In this document: piece after piece, positions 25,870 through 38,290 of the stretch
Numbering within the stretch: the stretch's first letter is position 1
Layout of the letters: the number at the start of each line of letters is the position of its first letter
Origin: Octopus sinensis
Taxonomy: Eukaryota
Length of the DNA stretch: 61,253 bases
Reading direction: 5' to 3'
NCBI RefSeq assembly: GCF_006345805.1
Contig: NW_021832555.1
Location: 1 to 61,253 of the forward strand
Made by a program: the position numbers and the translations under genes
Notes under the pieces: generated by a model
What the model was told of the DNA's origin: nothing
Seen by the model: only the letters and a program-made list of their open reading frames with translations
Databases searched by the model: none

Positions 25870-26110
25870 TAAGTGAGCCCCTTTTTTGTATACATTCCTT
25901 TCATGAAGACCAAGTTATTCTGCTGATTAAAAAGATTGTGAATGTGCATCATACCTCTTCTTTCAGTTAACCTCGGTTTCATATCTTGTGAGTAATACGA
26001 AGCCTTTCTTTCGTAAGTCCCAAGATACCCTGCTGGTTGAAAGAAAACTGGGATATGTAATATAGCGTGTGTATTACATGTGATGCACTGGAAAGGCAAT
26101 GGGTTAGACA
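25870..26110 (-). mobile_element. Possible highly decayed R4/Dong-like non-LTR retrotransposon fragment
   Basis: Frameshifted motifs in order: NTHAI..IPV, VLLTRY, GMMHIHNLFNQQNNL. These resemble the R4-type post-RT region from memory only. Confidence 0.35.
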
Positions 26111-26268
26111 TTTCCAGCAGAGTATTAAAATCTGGAAAGCATTTAGTCCAACCATGTTGCAATAAAAGATTTTTTTTTCATGTACCTTCAGATCATTTTC
26201 CTCTTCCTCGCTACGATTTCCTTATATTTGTTAACATTTTGCAGGAACATGTTTTCGAGATTGTTGAT

Positions 26269-26611
26269 CAGAAGTTCCCAACCCTTTTTTTTTTTTTATC
26301 TACGGACCCCTTTGATTATTATATTATTCTGGTGGACCCCCATAGCCATTCGATGCTTAAAAGCTAGTTTTATACAAACTTCTTTCAACATTCCTATTTT
26401 GTTTTTTACATATTAACTTGTGTCGGTTGAACTAAGTAAAATATTTGAGAAAGAAATCTAGCCGTTTCTTGCAATACATAATTATAGATACGTACATCTA
26501 AAGCAAAATTTTTTTTCAGGGGCCCTTAAAATGATATTGTAGATAATTTACTATTTTGTTGTGTGCCCCATACCCAAATAATATTATATGGACCCCGACT
26601 GAAAATCCCTG
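26269..26611. mobile_element. hAT-type MITE, same family as 16297-16678
   Basis: Internal GGACCCC..ATTATTCTGGTGGACCCC..AGCCATTC matches the reverse complement of about 16560-16678. TIRs are degenerate; flanks match 5/8. Confidence 0.65.
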
Positions 26612-26819
26612 GTGTAAATTATGAACTTGGTAACAAAGTTTTATCAACGAGATTATAATGCACACCTTCAAAAAAGTGTCACTGCAAAATTTCACAAAAA
26701 AAATAAAGAAAAAACATTTTTCAGAGTCATGTAGAAATTCGGATGTCACTATTGCACACTTATATGTATATACACATGATTATATATATGTATGCATGTA
26801 CATATATACATATATATAC

Positions 26820-26852
<33 letters not shown>

Positions 26853-27012
26853 GATATATATACACACATATATATATATCATATATATATATAGATATAT
26901 ATACACATATATATATATAGATATATATACACATATACATATATATACATATATACATATACATATATATACATACATATATACATACATATATACATAT
27001 ATACATACATAT

Positions 27013-27043
<31 letters not shown>

Positions 27044-27498
27044 CATATATACATTCACGTATGCATAAGTATATATGTAGGTATGTATGTATATATGTAT
27101 GTGTATATGAAGGCGCAACATTATTGACATCTAAATTTAGATAAATCTCTTTGCCACTGTAATTTTCAATCAGAGTATTATAATTATTATCTCGAAATAG
27201 AATATAGCAAGATAAAGAGAGATCATTACACAGATGTGAGAGAGTGGTTGTGTTGGAATATAGAGCAAATACCATTATCAGCAGCATCTTTGAAATTAAC
27301 GTGAATGAATTATTTAGGAACAGCAATTAAAAAAAAAAAAAATCCTAATTAAAAATATAAAATATATAATTACATCAATATCAACTCTTTTAGATTTTTA
27401 ACGATGACAAATTACACAAACACAACAGCAGCACCAACAAGAATATCAGGTAATGAAGAACAGAAAAATAAAATAAACATATATATATATATATATAT

Positions 27499-27542
<44 letters not shown>

Positions 27543-27609
27543 CATATATATATATATGTACATATAGATATATATGTAAATATAGATATATATGTATATA
27601 TATATTTAC

Positions 27610-27642
<33 letters not shown>

Positions 27643-27842
27643 CACGCACATACATACACATATGTATATTTGCATCATAAATATATATCTATATAAATAT
27701 ATATGTGTGTGTGTATTTGAATGAATATATATATATATATATATATGTATATACATGCGTATATACATATATATGTATATGTAAATATGCATATATATAT
27801 ATATATATATAAAACAGAAAGAAGGAGACAAACGGAGAAGTA

Positions 27843-28438
27843 CTATGTATAGCTGACGAGCACAGAAGTAGGGTGAATTGGGATATGTCCAAGCTTGCTC
27901 ACCGGGGAATGTTCATTGCTAGGTGGTGTTGGCATCCCAGCACTTGTCTGACATACATACCACTCGCTCAAGTTTGTATGATGATTGGGGGGTAGCGTTG
28001 GATTGGGAGCCAGTGGTAAGGAGGGAGGACTGCTCTGTGGTATTACTACGGCTTGTTGTTGTTGTTGATGATGATGTTGTTGTTGTTGTTGTTGTTGTTG
28101 GTGTTGGTGTTGGTGATGTTGTTGTTGTTGTGGTGGTGGTTGTGGTTGTTGTTGTGTCGGGGTATGGTTCTGAACAGCCGGTGACGCTGAGTTCGAATCA
28201 CTGCTCGGACTGTTACTTATCGACTCCTCGTATGAACCGCCGTGGGGCGGCGAACATTTGCCGTGAACTTTCATGTGTTTCCGCAAAGAACTGGGGTGTG
28301 TATAACTTTTGTCACAACCGCGAACTTTACAGTTGTAAGGTTTGTCACTTGTATGAACATGTGAATGTTTCTTCCGATCGGAACTATTGGCAAATCTGCG
28401 ATCACAACCATCGAATTCACACTTGAAAGGTTTTTCTC
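27843..28438 (-). CDS. Zic: Last coding exon of a Zic/odd-paired C2H2 zinc-finger transcription factor (ZF4, ZF5 and C-terminus)
   Basis: The minus strand after the acceptor ttttattttcAG (AG at 28440-28439) reads G|GA GAA AAA CCT..., giving [65 protein letters not shown]...NLSEWYVCQ...GMPTPPS...SYT* (TAG at 27845-27843). [10 protein letters not shown] and [10 protein letters not shown] are diagnostic of Zic. The phase-1 intron at HT/G before ZF4 is the conserved bilaterian Zic A-intron position. EWYV is the conserved Zic C-terminal motif (27948-27974). Confidence 0.97.
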
Positions 28439-28621
28439 CTGAAAATAAAATAAAAGGAAATTAAATAAATAACAGTTCAATAAAAGGAGTCAAAATAACA
28501 GACATTTAAAAAGAAATAATGTAATGCGAATTAAATAAATGTCAACCTCCTAAATAAATCTCTTGTTTTTGAGAAAAACACAAAACAAAATAAAAAATAC
28601 AAAACTAGCACAAAGATATAT

Positions 28622-29267
28622 ATCTCTTTTGTCTGTTTTACTTGTTTAAGTCATCAAACTGGCCATGCTGGAGCACCGCCTTGAAATCTTTAGTGGGATG
28701 AACTGACCACAGTATTTTTTAAAATATATTTTTAGAACCCAGTACTTATTCTATCGGTCTTTTTGCCGAACTACTAAGTCACAAAAACATAAACACACCA
28801 ATACCGGCTGTCAAGAGATGGTAGGGGACAAACAGACAGAAAAGCATACACACACACATGACGAGTTCCTTACAGTTTTTTTTATATTTCTTTATTGCCC
28901 ACAAGGGGCTAAACACAGAGAGGACAAACAAGGACAGACAAACGGATTAAGTCGATCATATCGACCCAAGTACGTAACTGGTACTTAATTTATCGACCCC
29001 GAAAGGATAAAAGGCCAAGTCGACCTCGGCGGTATTTGAACTCAGAACGTATCGGCAGACGAAATACGGCTACGCATTTCGCTCGCCGTGCTAACGATTC
29101 TGCCAGCTCAAAGCCTTAAAAGCTCCTTATAGTTTCTGTTTACCAAATCCACTCATAATGCTTTGCTTAGCGCCAGGCTATAATAGAGAACACTCGCCCA
29201 AGGCGCCACGCAGTGGGATTGATACTGGAACCATGTGAATGGGAAGCAAACTGCTTACTATACAACC
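28622..29267 (-). mobile_element. SINE B1 interrupted by a nested full-length SINE A2 (28885-29117)
   Basis: B1 3' half at 28622-28878 and 5' half at 29121-29267. The A2 head, core and tail lie between them, with TSD agttccttacagttt / agctccttatagttt (13/15). Confidence 0.85.
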
Positions 29268-30374
29268 TCAATTGTTAAGATTATACGGAAGGTGAAATGT
29301 CAGTGTTTATATGGAAGCATCTTAAGTAAAACACAGGTAAGAAATTCATTTTGCCATCTTGAGGTCCCGAGAGAGCATCATAAGCAATTATCTTCCAGAT
29401 TGTTTCGGGCTGAACCAAATCTTGTGAAAAGAATTGGGCAGACGTTAAAAAAAAAAAAACTATGGAAAACATAACCAGCCATGCCACATCCTTTGAAACT
29501 TTACTTCTGTCCGAGAATTAATATTATTTAAAAGAACAAATATATTTTGAATGCCCAGTATTGCACGCTAACATTGAATATTTACAAGGATCAGGTACTT
29601 TTTGGTTGACTGAACGACTGGAATTCTCAACTTCGAAACCGACGGAGAGCCGTCAACTATTTCTTGTGGGTGCGATCACCATGTTTATCATCACATCTTA
29701 AATTTGCTTTTTATATTTGAATGTAATTACCACGTACACGCACACACACACACACACACACACAAACTAAGACGGCACAAAAGTGAAAATATAGCGAAAA
29801 TCCATTCTAGATAAAGTAATTTGGAATGCTATATTTTGAATAGGTGTGAACTATTAATTGTGAATGTCGACAAGACTTGTCGCCAATATTTCCTAAATAA
29901 GGTCAAATGTCAAGGATTTTAATTTAGAAAGGAAACGAAAGAGAGAGTGAAAAACAAAAAGGGAGAGAGAGGTGGAAAATAGAAAGAAAGAAAAAGAGCA
30001 AGCTTTGCCGCCATTGCTACAGTATGGAATGTAAGAAGACGACTTTCTGTCTCTTTGTCTCTTTTTGTTTCTGTCTCTTTTTGTTTTGAAAATATTTTTA
30101 CTAGTTGACCGCTGGGTCTGGCCGGGGTGGTATGATTTGTCAGGTGTGGTGTAAGCACTCTGGGGACAATCAGAGTAAAGAATTCAGTGGCAGCAGATAG
30201 ACGGATCTGAATAAAATCTGTCAATTTAGTGATGTTTTCAGCCAAGCCTGACATTTTTTTTTTTTTTTTTTGCTTTTCAAAAGCTTCTGTGGGCGATTGA
30301 CTTGCTAGAAATAGTTGCACAAATTTTGTAAACACAGCCTACTGATTTGAAAAGGAAGAAAGGCGCATCTTAGA

Positions 30375-30414
<40 letters not shown>

Positions 30415-30433
30415 GCTGCTACTACTGCTACTA

Positions 30434-30464
<31 letters not shown>

Positions 30465-30485
30465 ATAATAATAATAATAATAATA

Positions 30486-30609
30486 ATGTGCCTGGTGTAC
30501 CTTTATCAGGTGGGTAGTCGATGGGTATACTGGGCTTCGTATATTTGTACCCCAGTGTCACTTTGATGGCATGCACTGCTCTCTCACTCAATAATAATAA
30601 TAATAATAA
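30486..30609 (+). mobile_element. Family C retroelement 3' end, flanked by (TAA)n on both sides
   Basis: Matches about 1212-1330 at high identity. Confidence 0.75.
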
Positions 30610-31099
30610 ATTCCCTGATGCAGTACTATGCAGTGGCTCTCAGGGTTTCTGATCTTAGCTGACTGGAATTGGTATCGTGTACATTGTTTTGTCTTGGTAT
30701 AAAAGATGGGCTACAGCAAATATTCTGCTCAATACCTTGGACTGTGTCAATATACTATATTCTTCGTTCGTATGTTTGCTCGTTGATATAGGATAATCTA
30801 TTATCATTATGGTTAGGTTACAACCCGGGCCGCAGCAACAAAGTTCCCCGGCCACACCTCTCGGTCCAACATCACTGCGTCGAGTCCAGATCTGTGCCTG
30901 CGACCAAGTTGTTGATGTAAGTGTGATGACGTTTGCCTCATCTTACATAAACATGAGGCAGGTTCCACAAGACCAATTTAGGATGTTTCCACTTCTGAAA
31001 GCATCCAAATTATGATAACCAACATTTGAGGAAGAGTTGGCCGATGTTTCTTACAATTCTAAACAAACATGAAGAAACTCCCTGTTATTTGTTAAATGA

Positions 31100-31298
31100 G
31101 AGAAGACGGCAAAATAGCGCCGAGCAAAATGTTTAACGGTATTTCCTCCAGATGTTTACGTTCTGAGTTCAAATGCTGCCGAGGTCGACTTTACCGTCCG
31201 TCCTTCCGAGGTCAGTAAATTGAGTACCAGTTATGCGCTAGGAACAATGTAATCGATATCCCCTCTCCTTAAGATTTCTGGCTTGTGCCAAAATTAGC
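31100..31298 (+). mobile_element. Diverged SINE A1
   Basis: TTTACGTTCTGAGTTCAAAT..CCGAGGTCGACTTT..GAGTACCAGTTA..GGCTTGTGCCAAAATT. Confidence 0.8.
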
Positions 31299-31844
31299 AT
31301 TATGAAAGAAGGAGAAAGAGAGGGAGAGAGAAAAATAGTGAAGGAAAGACAGGGAAATAGAGAGTTCTTATATATTATCTAATAAATGGATTGGTCGTGG
31401 CTAGAATGCCATTGATCAATAGTTCTTCTGAATAACAATAGTAAGCGTTACATTAGCTAAAATCACAGAAAAGCCATGAATGCCAGGCTAACACCACCAC
31501 AGGCTCCTGACACGGACCAGGCTCCCGGTTATCCACCACCACCACCACCACCACCATGTTTTCTTCTTTCTTTTCTTTTACTTAAGCTTTTGTTTCTTTG
31601 CTACAGGAATTATTAATGTTCAAATTGAACATGAACCACCTCACTCTCGACAGTCTGGGACGGTGCGGAAACGTTTCGGGCACTGCTCCTCGGAGCTTAA
31701 CTTATAATGACTATATAACTGAAGAAATAGACAGAATATTATATAAATATAAGTGAAGTGAAGAAGAAAGAATTATGAGAACGAAAGAGGGTCTGGGAAA
31801 ACAAAAGAGCAAGGAAGGATTTACTAGAGTGTCATACTGTTAGA

Positions 31845-32070
31845 GGAGGAGGAGGAGGAGGAGGAGGAGGAGAAGAAGAAGAAGAAGCAGGAGAAGAAGA
31901 AGAAGGAGAAGAAGAAGAAGGAGAAGAAGAAGAAGGAGAAGAAGGAGGAGGAGGAGAAGAAGAAGTAGGAGAAGAAGAAGTAGGAGAAGAAGAAGAAGAA
32001 TGAGAAGAAGAAGAAGAAGAATGAGAAGAAGAAGAAGAAGAATGAGAAGAAGAAGAAGAAGAAGAAGAAG
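31845..32070. repeat. (GGA)n/(GAA)n purine tract
   Basis: Directly visible; similar tracts at about 44050-44150 and 47400-47530. Confidence 0.95.
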
Positions 32071-32649
32071 GAATTAAAAAGAGTAACATTAAAGAAAGGT
32101 CAAAAGAAAAAGAGGAAATAATGAAATAATGGATGAAGTGATGAAAGGAAAAAAATTAGAAAATAACGCAAAGGAAAGAAAAAAAGGTAAAAAGAATGAG
32201 TGTAACTGACAAAAAAAAACTAAACGACAAAAGAAGATAAAAAAAAAGAAAGCCAACAAAAAGGAAGAAAATGTATCAAAATGGAGAAGACATTAAAATA
32301 AACAACAACAATAATATGAATACAGATAAAGGTAATGAAGAAAAGGAGGAGGGGGAGGAGGAAAATGAGAAAGTGATGTAAGGAGAGGTGTTGGATGCAT
32401 CCTGGGAAATCTAGCTATTCACAACAGACCTGAACAAGATGTAACAACTGACTACAATATGGCTGCAGACATGATGGCTTCGGTGATCTGTTCGGCATTG
32501 TTGTTTGAAACTAGCAGGATGGAGAATTTACGTAAACACAGGGGGAAACATTAGAGTAACACAACATAGACACGTGTGATTACTCTGCGTGTGTGTGTGT
32601 GTGTGTATTTATATATATATTTGATTTCTATAAAACAACACACACACAC

Positions 32650-32710
32650 ACATATATATATATGTATATATGTATATACATATATATGTGTATTTGATTT
32701 GTATTTGTAC

Positions 32711-32761
<51 letters not shown>

Positions 32762-32954
32762 AGCATGTAATTTGAACATTAAATCACACACATGCACACA
32801 TGTACACCCATGTATGTATATAAATCTGAATATATTTAAATATTATACATAAGCTCATATGTAATCATATAAAGGCAACATGTATACATACATATATATA
32901 TATATATGTATATATGTATATACATATATATGTGTATTTGATTTGTATTTGTAC

Positions 32955-33007
<53 letters not shown>

Positions 33008-33141
33008 AGCATGTAATTTGAACATTAAATCACACACATGCACACATGTACACCCATGTATGTATATAAATCTGAATATATTTAAATATTATACATAAGC
33101 TCATATGTAATCATATAAAGGCAACATGTATACATACATAT
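32650..33141. repeat. Tandem duplication, 246-bp unit x2
   Basis: Anchor gtacaagcatgtaatttgaac at 32757 and 33003. Confidence 0.9.
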
Positions 33142-33153
33142 ATATATACACAC

Positions 33154-33179
<26 letters not shown>

Positions 33180-33218
<39 letters not shown>

Positions 33219-34133
33219 GTATATATTATATATGTATATATGTTATATATATATGTTATATATATATGTTATATATATATGTTATATATACACACGCACA
33301 TGCGTATGTATTGGGGAGGTTGTAAAGATAATTAAATTTAATAAAATGGGAAGCACTTAGAATAGAAACCGATTGTTTTCTCGTAATCAATGGATTTAAA
33401 CAAAGTTAGATTAACGAAATAGCGTTCAATTTGAATCTAAACACCTCTAACAGCCACCCAAACACACCCAACATTCATCTGAACACCACCACCCACCACC
33501 ACCACCACTAACAGCAGCCACAACAACAACGACAACAACAACATCATCAGCTGCAAATAAAAATTAGAGAGAATTTCGTGCAGAATTAGAGAAATGAAAT
33601 TAGCAATGAGAATCATTGTTAACATACTCTTCTTCTGTTTGTTGTTGTTATTGTTGTTGTTGTTGTTGCTTATGATGATGACTTAATTGTATCTCTTTCC
33701 CCTACCTTTAAAATTGAATTAATATTTTTTTTAAATATTTTATTTCTGGTATTTTTTTTTCTTCTTCTCTCTCCAGATTCCGTTAGTTAATTAACGAGAA
33801 CATATTTCTATCTTTGTCGCAACTCAAATACCGTCATCAACATCATTATCATCATATCTTTGTCGCCGTCGTCATCATCATCACCATCATGATCTATATT
33901 AACAAAACCACCACCGTGTCAATGGTGTACGTGTACAAGCATACACACACACGCATATATGAATCAGTACAAGCATACACACACACACACAACACACCCA
34001 CACACACACATTTATGTGTGCGCATTTGTATGTATATATGGGTGTATGTGCGTTTGTATTCATATGACAGTAGTGATGTTTATATATATACACACGTGCG
34101 TTTGCATGTATATATATATATATATATGTTATA

Positions 34134-34171
<38 letters not shown>

Positions 34172-34927
34172 GTATATATATATATGTATATATATATGTT
34201 ATATATATATGTTATATATATGTTATATATATATGTTATATATACACACGCACATGCGTATGTATTGGGGAGGTTGTAAAGATAATTAAATTTAATAAAA
34301 TGGGAAGCACTTAGAATAGAAACCGATTGTTTTCCGTAATCAATGGATTTAAACAAAGTTAGATTAACGAAATAGCGTTCAATTTGAATCTAAACACCTC
34401 TAACAGCCACCCAAACACACCCAACATTCATCTGAACACCACCACCCACCACCACCACCACTAACAGCAGCCACAACAACAACGACAACAACAACATCAT
34501 CAGCTGCAAATAAAAATTAGAGAGAATTTCGTGCAGAATTAGAGAAATGAAATTAGCAATGAGAATCATTGTTAACATACTCTTCTTCTGTTTGTTGTTG
34601 TTATTGTTGTTGTTGTTGTTGCTTATGATGATGACTTAATTGTATCTCTTTCCCCTACCTTTAAAATTGAATTAATATTTTTTTTAAATATTTTATTTCT
34701 GGTATTTTTTTTTCTTCTTCTCTCTCCAGATTCCGTTAGTTAATTAACGAGAACATATTTCTATCTTTGTCGCAACTCAAATACCGTCATCAACATCATT
34801 ATCATCATTATCTTTGTCGCCGTCGTCATCATCATCACCATCATGATCTATATTAACAAAACCACCACCGTGTCAATGGTGTACGTGTACAAGCATACAC
34901 ACACACGCATATATGAATCAGTACAAG

Positions 34928-34964
<37 letters not shown>

Positions 34965-35080
34965 TTATGTGTGCGCATTTGTATGTATATATGGGTGTAT
35001 GTGCGTTTGTATTCATATGACAGTAGTGATGTTTATATATATACACACGTGCGTTTGCATGTATATATATATATATATAT
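33180..35080. repeat. Tandem duplication, about 954-bp unit x2
   Basis: Anchor cacacgcacatgcgtatgtattgggg at 33291 and 34245. The copies differ mainly by 1-bp indels and microsatellite lengths. Confidence 0.9.
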
Positions 35081-35270
35081 ATATACACATACAAACGCAC
35101 GTGTGTATATATATATAAACATAACCACTGCCATCTGAATCTTCATTAGCATCATCATCATCATCATCACATTCACCTATCAGGGTTTTTCCTAAATTAC
35201 CTTCATTTTCTCCGAAGAGTTACACATATTATTGTTGTTGCTGTTGTTATATTACTACTTCTACTAAGAT

Positions 35271-35301
<31 letters not shown>

Positions 35302-35995
35302 GTGTGGAAGGATTTTTCTTCATGCCCTAACACATAGCCGTGATCCATATTGGGTTCAGCAATCCCATATAGCACGGCAAAGGTATCATCCTCCACCTCA
35401 TCATCATCATCATCATCATCACAATTGCATTCTTTCCCCCCACCCCAATACGACCGCTTCCTCATTATCGCAACTATCATTAACACCACCATTGTCACGA
35501 CGACGACGACCCTCACCCCCTCCCCCACCACCACCATCACTATCATGTCGTATGATTTCTTCACGTTTTCTTGGTTGCCTGAATTTGGAGTTTGGCGCTT
35601 TTCATTATTGTTGTTGCTTTTGTTTGTTATCGTTTATTATAACTGATGTTGTTGTTGTTGTTGCTGTTTTAGTCATAGAAATCTGCTCAAGTCTCGTGTT
35701 AAATGAACAATCCTGTCGCGTGTTAGTTAAGAGACGTTTCGGTGATGACGATAACAATAACAGCAATAATACGAATAATAATGATGATGACGATGATGAT
35801 GATGATGATGCTGATAATAATAACAAATAAATCATATCTTTTACATTGAAGTGTATAAATGTTTGTGTAGCTGTTTTATTAATTGAATCACAACTTCGTG
35901 TTTTGTGTGTGTGTGTGTGTGTGTGTGAAGGAGAGAGAGAGAGAATCATGTTTTGTTACACAGATACTCACACATACAAGAGTATCTGTACATTC

Positions 35996-36038
<43 letters not shown>

Positions 36039-36085
36039 ACACACACCCACGAATACCGTTGCATTCAGATATACGTATACTTGCA

Positions 36086-36139
<54 letters not shown>

Positions 36140-36596
36140 GCATGTATAGACGCACTACACATAATCTCACATACATAAATGTTTAAACAAATTCTCAAAT
36201 ACGTATAGGTAAAACATGAGGACGATGATACGTGTACGTTTGTGTGTGTGTATGTGTGTGTGAATATATACCTAGAGTTTTCGATGACGTGGGACACATA
36301 AGTATAATGAACCCTTTCCTTAGGTGCACTTACGTCACGAATGAAGTGGGCCAGTCATAAAGGAAAGGGTAAATATTCGTTTTAAACAATATACATATCA
36401 GCGTCTTCTATTAACTGTTGGTCCAAGGAAGTGCATAGTAAATGCTCTCGAGCAAACTGAGTCCTCAACTTGTTCCATTTACCAAAAGATCTGCAAGGCA
36501 CTAGCAGACCCTAAGAGACACATTTGTGTTCGTTGGACATGAATACTGTTTTAATTTTACTGAACCGTCATTTATCGTTCACGACAAGAGAATCTA

Positions 36597-36643
<47 letters not shown>

Positions 36644-36989
36644 GCAAAAATGTTATAAATTATTTCTTTCTATTGGCTGTTGCTTCAAATGAGAGGTAAA
36701 CATTTACTTAAAAGTATTATAATTTAGAATGGTGTCTTGTAATGTCTTGCTTTAAACATGAGATTACAATGATTTGTTTTGTGCAGAATCTAATGCTGAA
36801 AAACGTAGCCCGTCGTAGATTAAACATTGTCGTATATGATTTTAGACTTAGAGCTGCAAAGACATCGTAAAAGTAACCAAATATTTATCAGGAAATAGGG
36901 AAATGGGGGAAATCCCCATAATCATAAGGAATTGTGAATGATTAAAATAATATCCAGAAAATACCAATGATATAGGCCCTGCACATATA

Positions 36990-37150
36990 TTTTGGCACGA
37001 GGCCAGCAGTTTCGGGGCAGGGAATAAGGTGAATACACCAGCCTCAATGCTTAAATGGTATTTATTTTATGAATCCTGAAAGAATGAAAGCGGACGAAAT
37101 ATCCGTAAGCATCTTGTCCGGCATGTTAATGATTCTGCCAGCTGGCTGCC
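36990..37150 (-). mobile_element. SINE A1, internally deleted
   Basis: TGGCACGAGGCCAGCAG..GAATGAAAG|CGGACGAAAT..GATTCTGCCAGCTGGCTGCC. Confidence 0.7.
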
Positions 37151-37233
37151 AATCACTGCACATATATTACATGATGTATTTCACTCAGCACACAGAAAGC
37201 GGCGCAACTAGGCGCTACACACATTATTTAGAG

Positions 37234-37434
37234 CAGTGGTTTTCAACCAGGGTTCCGCCAGTACAATACAGGGGTTCCGCAAGAAGTTACAAAACTGCTA
37301 AAATCAGCAGTAATTTTTAATTCTCCTGTGCAGATATGTGTGCATAAGACTATTAAATTATTGCACAGGGGTTCCTCGAGCCAGTGGAATGTTTCCTTGG
37401 GGTTCCGCTCCAGCAAAAATGTTGAAAAGCACTG
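37234..37434. mobile_element. 201-bp hAT (Charlie-like) MITE with perfect 8-bp TSD
   Basis: TIRs CAGTGGTTTTCAAC / GTTGAAAAGCACTG. TSD ATTTAGAG at 37226-37233 and 37435-37442, fitting the NTCTAGAN-type hAT target. Confidence 0.92.
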
Positions 37435-38009
37435 ATTTAGAGTACCAGAGTACCTAAACACATATACAGCACACACACACATAGTATACAGACTGCACTA
37501 ACAGAATCCACGGCAGCAGCCAGGCGAATATCATCTGGTAGGTTGCACCAGGCTTTCACTAATTGTTTTAGGTGCCTATGTTGTCACGAATAGAGACATT
37601 CTTTGGCCCCTCCGACTCTTGACAAAGCGTATGTCTCGGATGTGGGAGACGTAGGGAAAGAGGGCTGCACTAACATTCTGCTGTTACATTCAGCTCATTA
37701 GACGGGAGCAGCGTGAAATGAAGCGCCTTGCTAAAGAACACGTTTGTGTCACTCAGTCCAGGTGCCACAAATAAGATCTTTGGATCGTCATCGTCAGCCT
37801 GGTATTCTAACACGAGGTTACGCTCATTTACGAACAGTTACTGCAGATATATTATATACACGTCTTTTACATAACTTGCAGAAAATAGAACTACCACGAA
37901 CTATATATTTATGTTGAAGGGAAAAAAGAAAAGCACTGCACGTCTCCAGACACAGAGCTGCCCTTAGTTGTGCAGTAAAAGCATGCACTAACGAAATTAT
38001 GACTAATGA

Positions 38010-38047
<38 letters not shown>

Positions 38048-38074
38048 TAATAATGATAATAATAATAATAATAA

Positions 38075-38290
38075 TGATTTCAAATTTTGGCACAAGGCCA
38101 GTAATTTCAGGGGAGGAGGTAAGTCGATTACATCGACTCCAGTGATCAATTCGGTACTTATTTTATCGATTCCAAAAGGATGAAAGCAAAGTCAGCTCCA
38201 ACGGAATTAGAACTCAGAACGTAAAGACAGACGAAATGCCGCTAAGCATTTTTCCTTGCGTGCAAATGATTCTGCCACCTCCGCACCTTA
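38075..38290 (-). mobile_element. Full SINE A1 with (ATT)n tail
   Basis: Complete reverse-complement head, core and A1 tail next to an (AAT)n array at about 38010-38075. Confidence 0.85.

Noticed and set aside
27923-28426. 167-aa plus-strand ORF
   Set aside because: It is the antisense shadow of the Zic exon; its poly-V/D comes from the CAA/CAT repeat.
28271-28480. 69-aa minus-strand ORF overlapping the acceptor
   Set aside because: It is the wrong frame of the Zic zinc-finger exon, starting in intron sequence.
31669-31695. Minus-strand CTCCGAG-GAGCAGTGCCC-GAAACGTT hammerhead look-alike (similar weak cases at 53601-53622 and 21410-21480)
   Set aside because: The core box or stem II needs several changes to fit; too degenerate to support by eye.
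35337-35378. Short imperfect hairpin GCCGTG...CACGGC with CCATATTGG
   Set aside because: The stem is too short and bulged for a pre-miRNA, and the motif is one base short of a CArG box.
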